Source: Rhodosorus marinus CCMP1338 (Eukaryota; Plantae; Rhodophyta). From it: 64,000 nucleotides of DNA. A program made the position numbers and the translations under genes. The notes below the pieces were generated by a model. The model did not search any database, was not told where the DNA came from, and saw only the letters and a list, made by a program, of their open reading frames with translations. This document shows positions 22,501 through 33,984 of the stretch, in pieces; position 1 is the first letter of the stretch; the number at the start of each line of letters is the position of its first letter. The DNA lies in NCBI GenBank assembly GCA_029953675.1, contig JAMWBK010000004.1:2418001-2482000 (forward strand). Direction: 5' to 3'.

Positions 22501-25500
22501 GAGGAGGATGAACAGGAATCAATAATCGCTGCTGCCTGTGAAGTGGTTAAAAAGGCAGAGAAAGGCAATCTATCCGGAGAACCGGTCTCCGCGAGGTCAA
22601 CTAACGCCGCAATAAAGTTGCTGCGGATGGCTTGGGACGAGTATGGAGATCTGTGGCTGAAGTCCGTGTACAAGAAGTGCAAGGTGTGGGTGCTGCTGAG
22701 AGAGATGCTATCGAAGCCAGCTAGTCTCAAGAGTCTGACGATGCCAGGGCTGCTCTCGGTTGAGGAGGTCAAGGTTGCTGATTCCACTGGAACCAGCCAA
22801 GATAGTCTCGCGGAGACATCCGATGAGGTCGCTGAATGGCGGCTTGCACTGGCCAATGTCGTGTATACTCTCTCCAGCGAGGCTGTCACGAGTTCTGCGG
22901 GCGATAGGGAGACTCAGGGAACTTCTGATTCGGATCAGACCTCTACTGAAGACTCTAAGAACGCTGCGATGCTGCGCGAAATTTGCAACGAGGGCTGGAC
23001 AGACGTCATCTTCTCTGCCGAAGCACGTGAGGAACTGATGGTGAACTTGGAGGAGCTGTCGGAGTCGATTTCGGAGCTCTCAACCCAGCGTATCGGTTCA
23101 CCGCTAAGCTTTGCGCCCAGTGATGATGGTCAAATGCTGGGGAGAACATATCTCGTCGAGCTCGGGCCAGCGCTTCAAGCTAAGCACGATCAGCGAATTG
23201 ACTCGTCGAGCGTCGATGTCCTCGTTCAACAACTGTCGCACCTAAATCTACTTCTTTCTCGCTCGGAGGCATACTCACAGCTGCTAGGGGCTTTTGCCGC
23301 TGCAAACATTGCCCTGCACCAGATTGAGAACCGGAAGAGGGCTGGTGGAATACTGAGCTCAAACCCTCTGGCAACACCCAACGCAAAAATCTCGCCACGA
23401 TACTTGACAGAACTGTTCTGTCGAGGTTCGAGGATGTTGAAAGACCTTGGACGGAGGCAATCGACGTTAAGAGTGAGGGCAGAGATTGCACTGATGCTTG
23501 CAAGTCTGGCGCCGGTAACGGCAAGTGGCATCGTCCTTGACCGGGAAGTGATTGATGAAGAACACAAGCCAAACGAATTACTTCAGAACATCACTACATC
23601 TCTGAGAAGTTGGTATGCTTCGAGTCCAGCACCGAATGGATCCTTTAAGAAGTATCCACAGTCTCTGCTTTTGGCGGGTGCGAAACATGGTAAGCAGCGT
23701 CCCCCGGAGCGGACCTGTCGGAGTCTGATAGTTCATAAGCTTTATCTGAATCGTTTCTTTTCTTTTTGCTACTGTCCTATGATAGTGCCTTACTGCGGAG
23801 CTGAGGCCGCTGGAGACTTTGTATCTGCAGTGCTCGAAGGTTTTTACAACGATTTGGGTACTAGCGGCGAGTCACTACAGGCTGCGGTTGCTACGCTGAC
23901 GCTTGCTAAAACCTCGAACGAAAGCGGGAGGCTACAGGTGTTGCATCACAGGAAGACCTTATCGCATTTTGATTGAAGCGTATCTCGTTCGCTAACGATG
24001 ATGCGCACTCTACCTTCTCGGTGAATGGATGTGCTTGTTTTCTGCCAGGCAAGCTTGAGAGGGCTCTATCTATGCTCTAAGATGGATGGAATGAGCGCTG
24101 CGGAAACAGCTGACAGCATGCTCTTCCTCATGCTAAGGATGCTCTGCGATCCGTCCATCATGAGCGATCGATTCCATGACGAAGTGTTGCGGAGCTTTGT
24201 CGGAGCGCTGACGACATCGTCCCTGCTGAATGGAGCGGAGATCCCGGGATACGTGGATGAAAATCTTGAGCGGAACCCCCGCCACAAGCTTTATTGCACG
24301 CTCCTCAAGGTTTCCGCGGCGATGATATCGGGCCCGGAAGAAGGGGAGCCGGGGAGCTCGTCAATGGTGGAGCTGTTTTCTTTCCTTTCTCGTCACTTGG
24401 AGTCTCATTCTTTAGACCTTTCGGGTGATTGGCCTCCAAAGTCTCGCTCAACGGCTCAGCACCTTTCCCGACACATTTCTCTGGCAAGGCTATACGAGGC
24501 TGAGGCTGCCCTCGCCCTTTTGTGGGCTTTTTCCGGTTCGCCTTTTGCCACCACTCCTAGACGACGTGTCCCCCTTTCTTAGTCTCACGATTTGCTAAGA
24601 ACCGTGTTAACGTGGTTTTCTTCCTCGCTAGGGCATACCAGCACGTTGAGCACAGAGCTTCCGGCGGTCTTGGACTCGATCATGAAGAGCGCGAAGACCT
24701 TTTTCTATGAAGGCTACCGTTTGCTCCGTGCTGAGCCCATACAGCGCTGGGTAGTTCCGGTCTCAAGCACGGAGGTCAAGGAATCAGCCAGTCTCGGTCA
24801 GACAAGGACTGGCGAGGATACAACTCCTGTGAAGCTCAACGATTTTAGAGGGAGTCCTGCGACTGAATCAGCTAGAGAAGCGGTCGGGAGACGATATATA
24901 TCTGCTGCACCTCCCTCACCGATCATGCCACAAACACCGCTTACCGCGATGAACACTTACCAGACTCCTGACGGGCTCTCGGACCCAAGTCAATCCGAGG
25001 ACAACCTGAAATTCGGCGAGGAAGCTGTTCTGACGATACTCAGAGCTATGCGCAACGCGCTCGCGTGCATAAGGCGGTATAGCTCATACGTGGCGAAACC
25101 ATTGTTTGAACCGACTATGGTCTTATCCGCAGATAGGGCGAGCTTAGGCCTCCTCATTGCCGTACAACTCCATGCTACGCATGAGCTGCAACGTAAGCAC
25201 CAAGGAAATCACAAACAGTTTCTGTCTGGCCATTGTATCCCTTGAAGCTCACGAGAATCAATCCTCCGCATGTTGGGTTAGGTGGTCTTCGCGATGACAA
25301 CAGAGACATAATCCACTCCATTGCAGAAAACGCCTTGGTCATTACGATCAGGCACACGGTTGGGTTCATCAATGAGGTTGGTTTTGAGGCGAAAGTTTCC
25401 ACTTCTATGATTGACAAGTTCGTGTTCTCATCTAGATTTTGCTACTTCTTTTGCACTTGCTTGAACCTAACGTAGGGTACGCTCACCTCGGGAGTCCGGG

Positions 25501-25622
25501 AGGAACTGAGGAAACGATTGCAAACGATCGTGGACAGGCAGAAGCAGCTTGTGCCTCCACTACCCCGAGATTCCTTGATTCACGCTCCTGAAATGTCCTC
25601 TTTTCTGCAGACATTGAAATAA
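19579..25622 (+). CDS. Large (~1900 aa) alpha-solenoid protein, probably nucleoporin Nup188-like
   Basis: A 4.1-kb first exon, then in-phase GT-AG introns (about 23690-23784, 23937-24049, 24536-24631, 25192-25280, 25395-25474) to TAA 25620-25622. Size, L-rich helical composition and weak recalled similarity to Nup188 (GTVL...VIW...GW; SIAENALVI). The gene is solid; the family call is tentative. Confidence 0.5.
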
Positions 25623-26302
25623 GTATTGTAAATAACTGATGCGAACAGGGACAAACGCTGTTTTCGCGTCGCCTCGAAACTATATGCGCATCGTTAAGTC
25701 ACAGATGGGGGGCCAGCCGCATGTCGTATTTGACTCGTTGCAGCATCAATAGTTTACTTCTTTCCTCATAGCCTGTGGGTCTTCAGCGATAGCGGGGAGG
25801 GTGTGTGTTCCACCTCCAAAAATCAGACTGGTGATCACAGCATGTACAAAGATATCCGAAGGGATTACTGCTGTTGAGTACTTTCTAGCACTCTCTCCAT
25901 CGAGTTGCTGTGTAGAAGTGCCATCAGTACAGCAGACAAGCATCAGATCTGCACAAGGTGCTCTCATTGCGCGATGAAAACTCGGTGAGAAAACAATTTC
26001 CCCGTCTCGGGCCATAACGGCGTTCTCTCGTTGTAGCGCTTGAGGTGAAGCTCAACGGAATGATTAGGCTCGTCACGTGTTCTCCTGATTATCACCGGCA
26101 AAAAAGGATCGCTGTTCTTAAAACTCGGCGTCGGCATCATCGTAAGCAGTCGCCTTGGATTTAATATAATCACAGTGACTCGAGTATAAACATCCACCCC
26201 AATCCGGGATGGATGGTTCAAAAAAAAATTAGAATCTTTACGAGCGCTGGAATCTCTTCAAGCCGTTCGTTTTTGTTAGAGCGTGTTTACATGTCCGCAT
26301 CA

Positions 26303-27310
26303 TCAAAGTCCAAGTTCACGCTTCATTCTCTGCAGTTCGTCCTCCACATCCTTTTTAACTCTCTCTCTCTCCTCCTTGACAGTGTTCCGTGCGACTTCAG
26401 TTGCTGTTTTGACGTCCTCCCGAGCTTTGGCCTCGCCTTCCATTGTAGCAAGCTTGGCCTTGATTCGATCGATCGAGACTTTCTGCTTCTCCTTCATTGA
26501 CACAACTTGATTGAGCTTCTTTCTGTCCCTAGTTTGCTCCCGGCTGAAGGCTTCGGCTCTGTCCGCCGCTGCTTTCTTTGCATCGAAGTCGAGGCCTGCT
26601 CTCTGACTTCGTTCTCTCCACTGAATTTCCAATCGCTCCGCCGATTCCAGTTCCTGATGAAGTCTCTTCTCCCTCGCCTCTAGTTGCTCCAGGACGAAGA
26701 CATTATCACTCAACTCCGATTCCAGTTCCTCGATGGTTCCATTCTTCAGCATATCATCCAATCCATCTCCGTTGGAATTAATTCCAACTTGCTTCTCAAG
26801 AAACTCGACAAAATCGGAGGCGATGCCACCCGTACCAGTAGATCCGACGTCCGAAGCTGCCTTCGAGACCGTTGAGAAAAGGTCACTGAAAATGCTCCCA
26901 AAGGAGTCGTTCAGATCCTCGGGGAAAGGTCCATCCCTCTCCGACCACGGACTCTTAAACCCGTTCCCAGCGTTACTAGTTCCGTAGCTTTTAGAGCCCC
27001 CAAAACCGGCTCCAGTCCCCATTCTAATCTTCAGATCATAGGTAGACCTCAGTTTGGGATCAGAAAGCACCTTATACGCCTCCTGTACCTGCATGAATTT
27101 ATCCGAAGCACCAGGATCCTTCGATACATCGGGATGATTTCTCAACGCCTCCTTTCTGTACGCCTTCTTGATCGTCCTAACATCAGCACCCTGTTCAACA
27201 CCTAGGACTTCATAGTATGTCAAACACACCCAAACCCTTCTCGTCGCACATCTTGAAAGCTGACGACCTCTTTTAGGCCCAAAACATATTCCAGAATTCA
27301 CAAAACCCAT
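26303..27310 (-). CDS. Plastid-targeted J-domain (DnaJ) protein with a C-terminal coiled coil, intronless
   Basis: Transit peptide [12 protein letters not shown]-domain YYEVLGV...[16 protein letters not shown]...[15 protein letters not shown] with intact HPD. K/E-rich tail ending [10 protein letters not shown]. Confidence 0.88.
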   Translation of the reverse strand: MGFVNSGICFGPKRGRQLSRCATRRVWVCLTYYEVLGVEQGADVRTIKKAYRKEALRNHPDVSKDPGASDKFMQVQEAYKVLSDPKLRSTYDLKIRMGTGAGFGGSKSYGTSNAGNGFKSPWSERDGPFPEDLNDSFGSIFSDLFSTVSKAASDVGSTGTGGIASDFVEFLEKQVGINSNGDGLDDMLKNGTIEELESELSDNVFVLEQLEAREKRLHQELESAERLEIQWRERSQRAGLDFDAKKAAADRAEAFSREQTRDRKKLNQVVSMKEKQKVSIDRIKAKLATMEGEAKAREDVKTATEVARNTVKEERERVKKDVEDELQRMKRELGL

Positions 27311-28413
27311 CCCCAAAAACCAACCCCACCCCCACCCAAAAAAAATTTCTCACAAATCCTCCCCCCAAAATCCAAAAACTAGCCCTCCTTCTTATAATCC
27401 ACACAAATCATTTTCCACTCCAAACTCTGCAAAGCCCTCCCCATTTCTCCACCCCCTCCCCTTCCTCCTCCTCCCCCCGCCCCCAATCAAACCTTACCCA
27501 CATTAAATATAATTTGCAGTCTTCCCTCCCCACTGCCATCATCATCACCAAAAACAATCCCATTGCCATTCATTCATAATTCCCCTTTTTCGAATATACA
27601 CAGCAGCAATCCAAAAATCGAACTTTCCAAAGACCAAAATAAATAGACATATAAAAAAAACCCACCAAACTAGCCATGTTTTAAGCGTTTTGGTGGAGGC
27701 ATGGAGCATATGGCCCCCCCGGTCGTGGTTGAGCGTCTGCAGACGATAATAATAAAAATTAGATGTATCCCATGATGTTGGGGCACAGTTTGGGGGCATT
27801 ATTGCATTGAGGCATGTCCGTTGTTCAAATTTATTTTCCATATTCATGAAAAAGATGCCTCCAAGATATACTCATTAGTACAACCAAAATACTATATATC
27901 GAAACTCATTCGTATAATGAAGAAAAAAATAATATCCCCATGAAAATGAATTATTAAACTAAAATTCATTAGAGCCATAAATTTTTAGAACGTGGTCTTA
28001 GAAGATCAAAACGTCTTTCGCATTCACTTTTTCGACATATGCCGAGAAACCACCACTTTGAGAAGCTTGGGTTCACCTACCTGTATAAACGGTCAACAGA
28101 AGGATTTTGGGGTACACGGACGCGTGAGGGGAGGGGGGGGGCAGGCTTGTTGGATGCATCAGCAATCCACACGAATCAGTTGGAATCGTCGATATGGTAT
28201 GCTCCCTGGGCCGGGGTGGGGGAGCGGCATCAAAACCGTTGAAATCCGCTCCATTCTTTAGAAGGGACTAATAGGGGCATGCCCTCGCAATATGATTACA
28301 GTTAGACCCCGACTATTGCCTTCCCCCCCCCCTCCCCCCCACAACCTCCTCTCCGACTCATTTCTAATGCTTGCCTTCATCCCACTTTGCAGTTTTTTTT
28401 TTCCCTAAACCAG

Positions 28414-28490
28414 ATCAGTCAACTAAAAAAGATTGAATTAAACGTAACAGGCCTCATAGAGGTCAACTAGTCTTTCTTTAGTTGACTGAT
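28414..28490. repeat. Inverted repeat with a 14-bp perfect core and three copies of GTCAACTA
   Basis: ATCAGTCAACTAAA at 28414-28427 versus TTTAGTTGACTGAT at 28477-28490; an extra GTCAACTA at 28462-28469. Confidence 0.85.
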
Positions 28491-28949
28491 ATTTTTTTCC
28501 GAGTAAAAGGGGGGGGGGAGGAGGGGGGAGGGTTCCGTGGTGATCAAAACGGAAGACCATTGGTCGGTAAGGGGGGGGAGGGGGGCTGGATGTAATGTTT
28601 TCCGTAATACTTTTGGGGTTAGATTAAATTCAACGCATATTCTTATTTACGTTATATTGTTTTGTCTATATTTTTGGAAAGAGAATTTTTTTGCGTTTCA
28701 CTGGTGGGGTTTGGGAATGGTGGTGGTGCCACTAAAAGGTGATTGACATGGATACATCTGGAACATCGCTGGGAAGGGACTTTGGGTGGGGGATTGTCGG
28801 ATTATCTGTTGTCTTTGGCACATTGTCTGGAGACGGTGTCGTAGCCAATTTTTTCATCGGTGTTCATGATTTACATGTTTTAGTTAGATTGTCAATTTTA
28901 CAAGGATTTGTCCTATTTGGTTGTTAGAAAATATGTGGTTTTCACCACG

Positions 28950-31096
28950 TCACAGCTTGAGTTTTGAGGAGGACGCCTTCTCAGTCGAAATCGGCGCCGC
29001 AGCGTCGAGCGTGCCTTTGATGTGTTCCTGAGCAGATTGCTGTATCGCGGAGAAAAAGTTCTTGCTTTGGTTGAGTTCGCTTCTCTTGCTCTTGCCCTTT
29101 CTTCGGGCCTTTGCGGCAGCTGCGGCGGCAAGCTTCTCTTCCTTGCGAGCCTTTACAAGCGGGTCCGCAGCTTCAATAGCCTTAATCGCGGCTTCCTTCC
29201 GCTGCGTTTTTGTCTTAGCCCTCTGCTTTTTGGCCCTTCTTCGAGCTTTCCGCTCCTCCTTCGTCATTTCGGTTTCTGCTTTAGTAGGTTTTTTGACAGA
29301 ATATACTTCTCGAGGCGCGAGAACCATGGCGTCCGAAACGGCATCAGGTACCGCATCCTCCATGAGCAAAGCGGCCACATTCTGGGTCGGCTGTGGGGTT
29401 TCAGGCACTACCACCTTCGGTGTATAGTGTAGAGCTGTAAGAACGTCCAGTTTCCTACAAAGCTTGTTAAACAGTCGATCGATCTCAACGTGTTTAGGGT
29501 CCTTCGGCGGCCCCTCCGCTGGAACGTCGCCTTCCCTAGGTCGCCGATCTTGCTCTTTAGCAGCAGCGAGGAACTCCTTCTCGTACATCTCCGCAAGTCC
29601 TTCCTTCGGCTTCTCTTGCGAGAGGGCTTCTGAGGCAGCCTTCGTACGTTTTTCAACTGGTGCAGCCTTCCGGACAACATCATCGAAGAGCTCCTCCGCC
29701 ACTCGCTTTCTGATCACGGTCTCGAGCTCCTCAGTCGCTTCCTCTGTTGCAACTGGAATGGGCTTCGAGCCAGCGCTATAATCCAGTGTCGCATCGAGAA
29801 GGCTGTTCACAGGCCTAGAGTCCCCAGTTACCTTCGAAAGACCAAAACAAAACTCGTCGTCTTAATCCTCACAATCAATTTCAAAAAGCGGGTCCAAAGA
29901 CACCTCAGTATTACCTCTCCCTTCATGGCCCAGGACTTCTTCTCAAGCGCTTCCTCTTCGAGTTTAGTTATCTGTTTCCTCAACTTTTCCTGATTCCGCT
30001 TGTAAGAGGTTTGCTCTTCTGCTTCTACTTTATCGTCTTCTGCGTCGAGAAGCAGAGCTCTCTTGCGAACACTACACACAGGATTGAAAGGTCCTCAGCA
30101 ACTACGCAGCAGTAAACCAAGAGCGAAGGTCGCCTCGTCAAAGTGCTCACCTTTCGTGCTCTGCCGGAGATCCAAAGAAATCCGCATACTTCATCTCGGA
30201 GTCTGCCAACTTTGACACCCGCGTTTCGGTTCCAATGCTCGTTTCATCAGGCTGGTCAGCACTGCCTCCAATCTCAAATTCGTCTTCCTCCTCTTCATCT
30301 TCACCGTCCTCATCATCACCATCGGGAAATATCTTGCCTTCTTCATCAAGCTTTTCACTCATTTCCAAGAAGTCCTCCAACTCGTCAACCTTGAAAAATT
30401 CTTTGCCCGTCGAGAGAGCGAAAACAGGACCTCCCCGTAAGGAAGTTGAACAGCAAACCCTCTCGGGATATCCCTCAAAGAGGTACTTGACAATCATCTC
30501 TTACCATCATCAAGCGGCGTCTTCTGCTTTGGTTCGTCCTGCTCGTCATCTTTGACTTTTTCGTCTTCTTCAACTTCAAAGGATACGCTCTTTTTGGGGG
30601 CCTTTTCCTCGTCTGTTTTGGAGGGCAAGTCATCGTCCTGTCCTGGTTCGTCGTCGAAATCTTCTTCGTCGTCGTCTTCGTCCTTATCGTAACCCTCTTC
30701 CGCATTTAATTCCTCATACTCCTCATCAGAATCACCCTCTACCAGTTCTTCTCCGTTCCCATCATCAACTTCTTCAACCTCATCGGATGATTCAGCGCCG
30801 TCTCCTGAAACACATTTAACCAGTTTTTCAACTTCCTCGAGTCTGCAGTTTAAGAAGCTCGCTAAAGGCCGGTTCCTCAACTGAATCTCCTGCCAGACGT
30901 GCTCAGTCGCAAAGGACAGGTCAAGCTCCTCCACAGTCTTCGCCGCAACTGGAACGCCTTCCACTCGAGAATGCCCGTCGAACAAAGACTTAGCGATCGC
31001 CGCACAGGACAAAGACAAAGACTCATCCGGAGAAGCAAACTCCGCCGCTGATAAATCAGCAACTCCTAGAACTTTATCCAAAATCTTTCCGTCCAT
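28950..31096 (-). CDS. MPP10: U3 snoRNP protein MPP10, multi-exon
   Basis: EHVWQEIQLRN, a long acidic tract, EFFKVDELEDFL, KSWAMKGEV, RPVNSLLDATLDY, IRKRVAEELFDDVVRK, MEDAVP and LAPREVY motifs; K-rich end SSKLKL. Confidence 0.93.
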
Positions 31097-32215
31097 TGCT
31101 CTAGCAGGCTTCTTCTTGCTTTACAATTCCTACTCCCTTCAAATATCCAACAGCACCAATCCCAGCCGAAACAAACTCCTACGAGAAAACCCTTAAAATT
31201 CAAATTCTCCTCCTCTCTTGTCTCTCCGTTTTAAAGCTCGCTTTCCAATTCATCTTTCATCTACAAGGAAGATCATCAAGACTTTTGCCAATGCAAATCC
31301 CTGCGATAAGCTTCAACCCCCACCCTAGTTTGCTGGCATCCGCCTTCGCCATCGTCAAACACAAAGACACACCGACCGCGGTGACCGCCTAAGTGACAAT
31401 TAAAGAACTCTTTAACATGTTTTATCAGTTAATGGTCACCTTCTACATTCTTTGCTGAAGCCCACTGTTCAGTATATTTATTAATTATTTGGATATATAA
31501 TATGGACGATTAAATTATAATCTTGTGAATCACATGATTTATACGTCATAAACTCCGACCTGATGGTCGTTTTGTGACGTGTTCTATCGATATAGGCTTG
31601 AATAGAGCTACTTCAATAGAGCCTAGAGTGTTGGGTGGCTGTATCTCTGTTCAAAAACGATGTAAGAAGGTGACAAAGTCTGTACGCGCTCCACCCCGTT
31701 CTAGGGCGTCATCAAGCGTGAAGGGACGTCGACTGAGTATAGCAAGGTCTACAAGTGACGCGGACTGGATTATCTTCCTCAGCATTATCAAACTACCCCA
31801 CACTACTGACGATATGGGACGAGCAAAACGTTGTTGATAGGCTCTGAGGGGTCACCAGCTTCATTGCTTTTCAACCAGGCTCCGCACTCAGAATGAAGTA
31901 CACCATCTGCAGACCTGTTGATCACGAGCCCTCGTCGATGGTTGCAGCCACTTCTCCCGGAATGTCGGCATAATTGAACCCTTCGAACGTTGTGAAGAAT
32001 ACAGAATCACACGCCTATTCCTGCCCCTGGGCTGTCTCTTAAGGGGGCTAAGCTTCGTTAGCATAGGGCTGTCTGTTGCGAATGCCTGCGGAACAGCTTG
32101 TAGCCGACTACTTTTCGGAAGCTAAGGGCTTGAGACGTATGTTCCAAATCAAGGTGTTCTTATTTGCAGAAGTGATGGGCGAGACCCCAGGCCGACTTTG
32201 AACAAGGGATCCCCG

Positions 32216-33328
32216 ATGGGCGACGAGGTCACCACCGAAGAAGCATCTGATCTGGACTTGCTTGTCCACAAGGTAGTTTGGGAGGCGCGACAACACGAGA
32301 AAAGTCGGCTTTCGTCCGCCATTGAACGGGATCTCACCGTTCTTAACAGACTGAAGGAACGCGCGGCGACTGAGCTCCGCCGAGGAGGGAAACACTTGGG
32401 TACGATTGCATCGACGCTGCTGTCTTCCGAGTACGCGGATCCGTTTACCGTCCTCGAGATTGGGAGTGAGCTAGCGCAAGCTGCGCCGGAACTCCTAGAT
32501 GCCGCTCTTGCCGAGCTTGGGAATGAGCCTCAAGCGGCTCTTGCCCTCTGCCTTGGTGCCGATGAAAATCTTTCATGGGCATCATCCAGTCGACTGCAGT
32601 CCTTGATATCAAGAGCTCCTGAGTCAATTCCACAATCCCTAGCTCGGTATTTCTTTTCACGGAGACGAGAGAAATCTTTCCAGCTGGATTTCGGTTCTAG
32701 TCACTCTGATGAAAGTCCTCCAGAGACTGTGAGGCCGGCAAGTAGATGCCACCTGCGGGACGAGCGCGCTTCTCCGGAAGCACTTTGCAGTGACATGCGT
32801 GGGAAACGTACGAAGTTGATGGAACCGTATACCAATCTGTCGCGTGTCTTGGTGCTTGCAGTTTTGCTGGCCTACGAAGCCTTGGATCCACTGGGGCTGG
32901 AAAGAATCTGTGAGGAAAACAACCTGTACAAATCCTCCATCGTATCGGAGCAGTTCAGCTCGTTGACTTTGGCCGAGGCGGCGAGGTTCCGCCTACTCCA
33001 CGCGGGGATCGCGTCCGGACACTTGCCTAGGACTCTAGTCAGACCCCTTTCAAGGAAGTTTGATCCAGTAAGCCAAAGGAAGCGGGAGAGCTCAAGAGCT
33101 ATCCGCAGCTATCTGAACCTGTGCTCTGAATCTGGGACAGTGCCTGACCTGAAAATGCTCGTTGAGGTAGTCGAAGCTGCGATTGTTGACAGACCAGAAG
33201 TCGAAAGCTTCTTTGAAGAATATGAAGCATACTTTGGCCTACCCGACGAACCGCTTACCGTCGGGGAGCGATGGGACAACCTCATTGATGCGCATCGCCG
33301 GAAAAGGCACAGGAGGATTAAACTCTGA
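32216..33328 (+). CDS. Hypothetical alpha-helical protein (~370 aa) with a basic C-terminal NLS-like tail; upstream exons possible
   Basis: Uninterrupted 1.1-kb ORF with typical L/E/A/S/R composition, ending HRRKRHRRIKL. No family recognised. Confidence 0.7.
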   Translation: MGDEVTTEEASDLDLLVHKVVWEARQHEKSRLSSAIERDLTVLNRLKERAATELRRGGKHLGTIASTLLSSEYADPFTVLEIGSELAQAAPELLDAALAELGNEPQAALALCLGADENLSWASSSRLQSLISRAPESIPQSLARYFFSRRREKSFQLDFGSSHSDESPPETVRPASRCHLRDERASPEALCSDMRGKRTKLMEPYTNLSRVLVLAVLLAYEALDPLGLERICEENNLYKSSIVSEQFSSLTLAEAARFRLLHAGIASGHLPRTLVRPLSRKFDPVSQRKRESSRAIRSYLNLCSESGTVPDLKMLVEVVEAAIVDRPEVESFFEEYEAYFGLPDEPLTVGERWDNLIDAHRRKRHRRIKL

Positions 33329-33984
33329 GTAGAATTGGTACCAAGTCCCTAGCCAACTGTTTAATCTATTTATAAGAGCGGTCCAGACGAAACGCTCATA
33401 GAGCTTAACTCGAATTGATATATGACGGACAGTTTAAGGAGTGTTTAAGCACGACGACGTCAGCCAAATCATTCTGACTGAAGCGTCCAGAAAAAGATAA
33501 ACCACAGGAGCAGTTACAAACCTGGAACCGCTGAACCTTGAAACAACATGCCAGGATGCCTCAATACCTACAGCACTACTCGACAACTCCACTCCAAGTC
33601 ACTTTATCTCGTTCTCTAAATGATTCACGAAGAACTAGTATTTCAATTATTCTTACATGGCCTCCGCGGTGGGGACCCAATGTTACGCGAGAGTAGCCAA
33701 TGTTACTTTTGCGAGGAGCTGGGAAACAAAAACAAGGGTTTTGACGGAGTTATAGCTTAGGCACGGACATTTTTGGCGAGGATTGGGAGCTATTATCGCC
33801 GGGCGTATATGATGGGGAAGTAGAACGGAAGAGGGTGAAGACATTGTCGGGTCTGTATGGTGTAGATCTAGTCAGATCTGTTCTTTTGATTCGTAGGGAC
33901 AAGAGTTGGGGCATGTGAGGATATGGCCTTGCGGCCTTGGAATAACTATTGAAATGGGTGCCTGAACATGGTTTCGGAGTTGCG

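Noticed and set aside
24580-24582. In-frame TAG between two ORFs of the Nup188-like gene, suggesting stop-codon readthrough
   Set aside because: A typical 96-nt GT-AG intron (24536-24631) with a pyrimidine tract removes it in phase.
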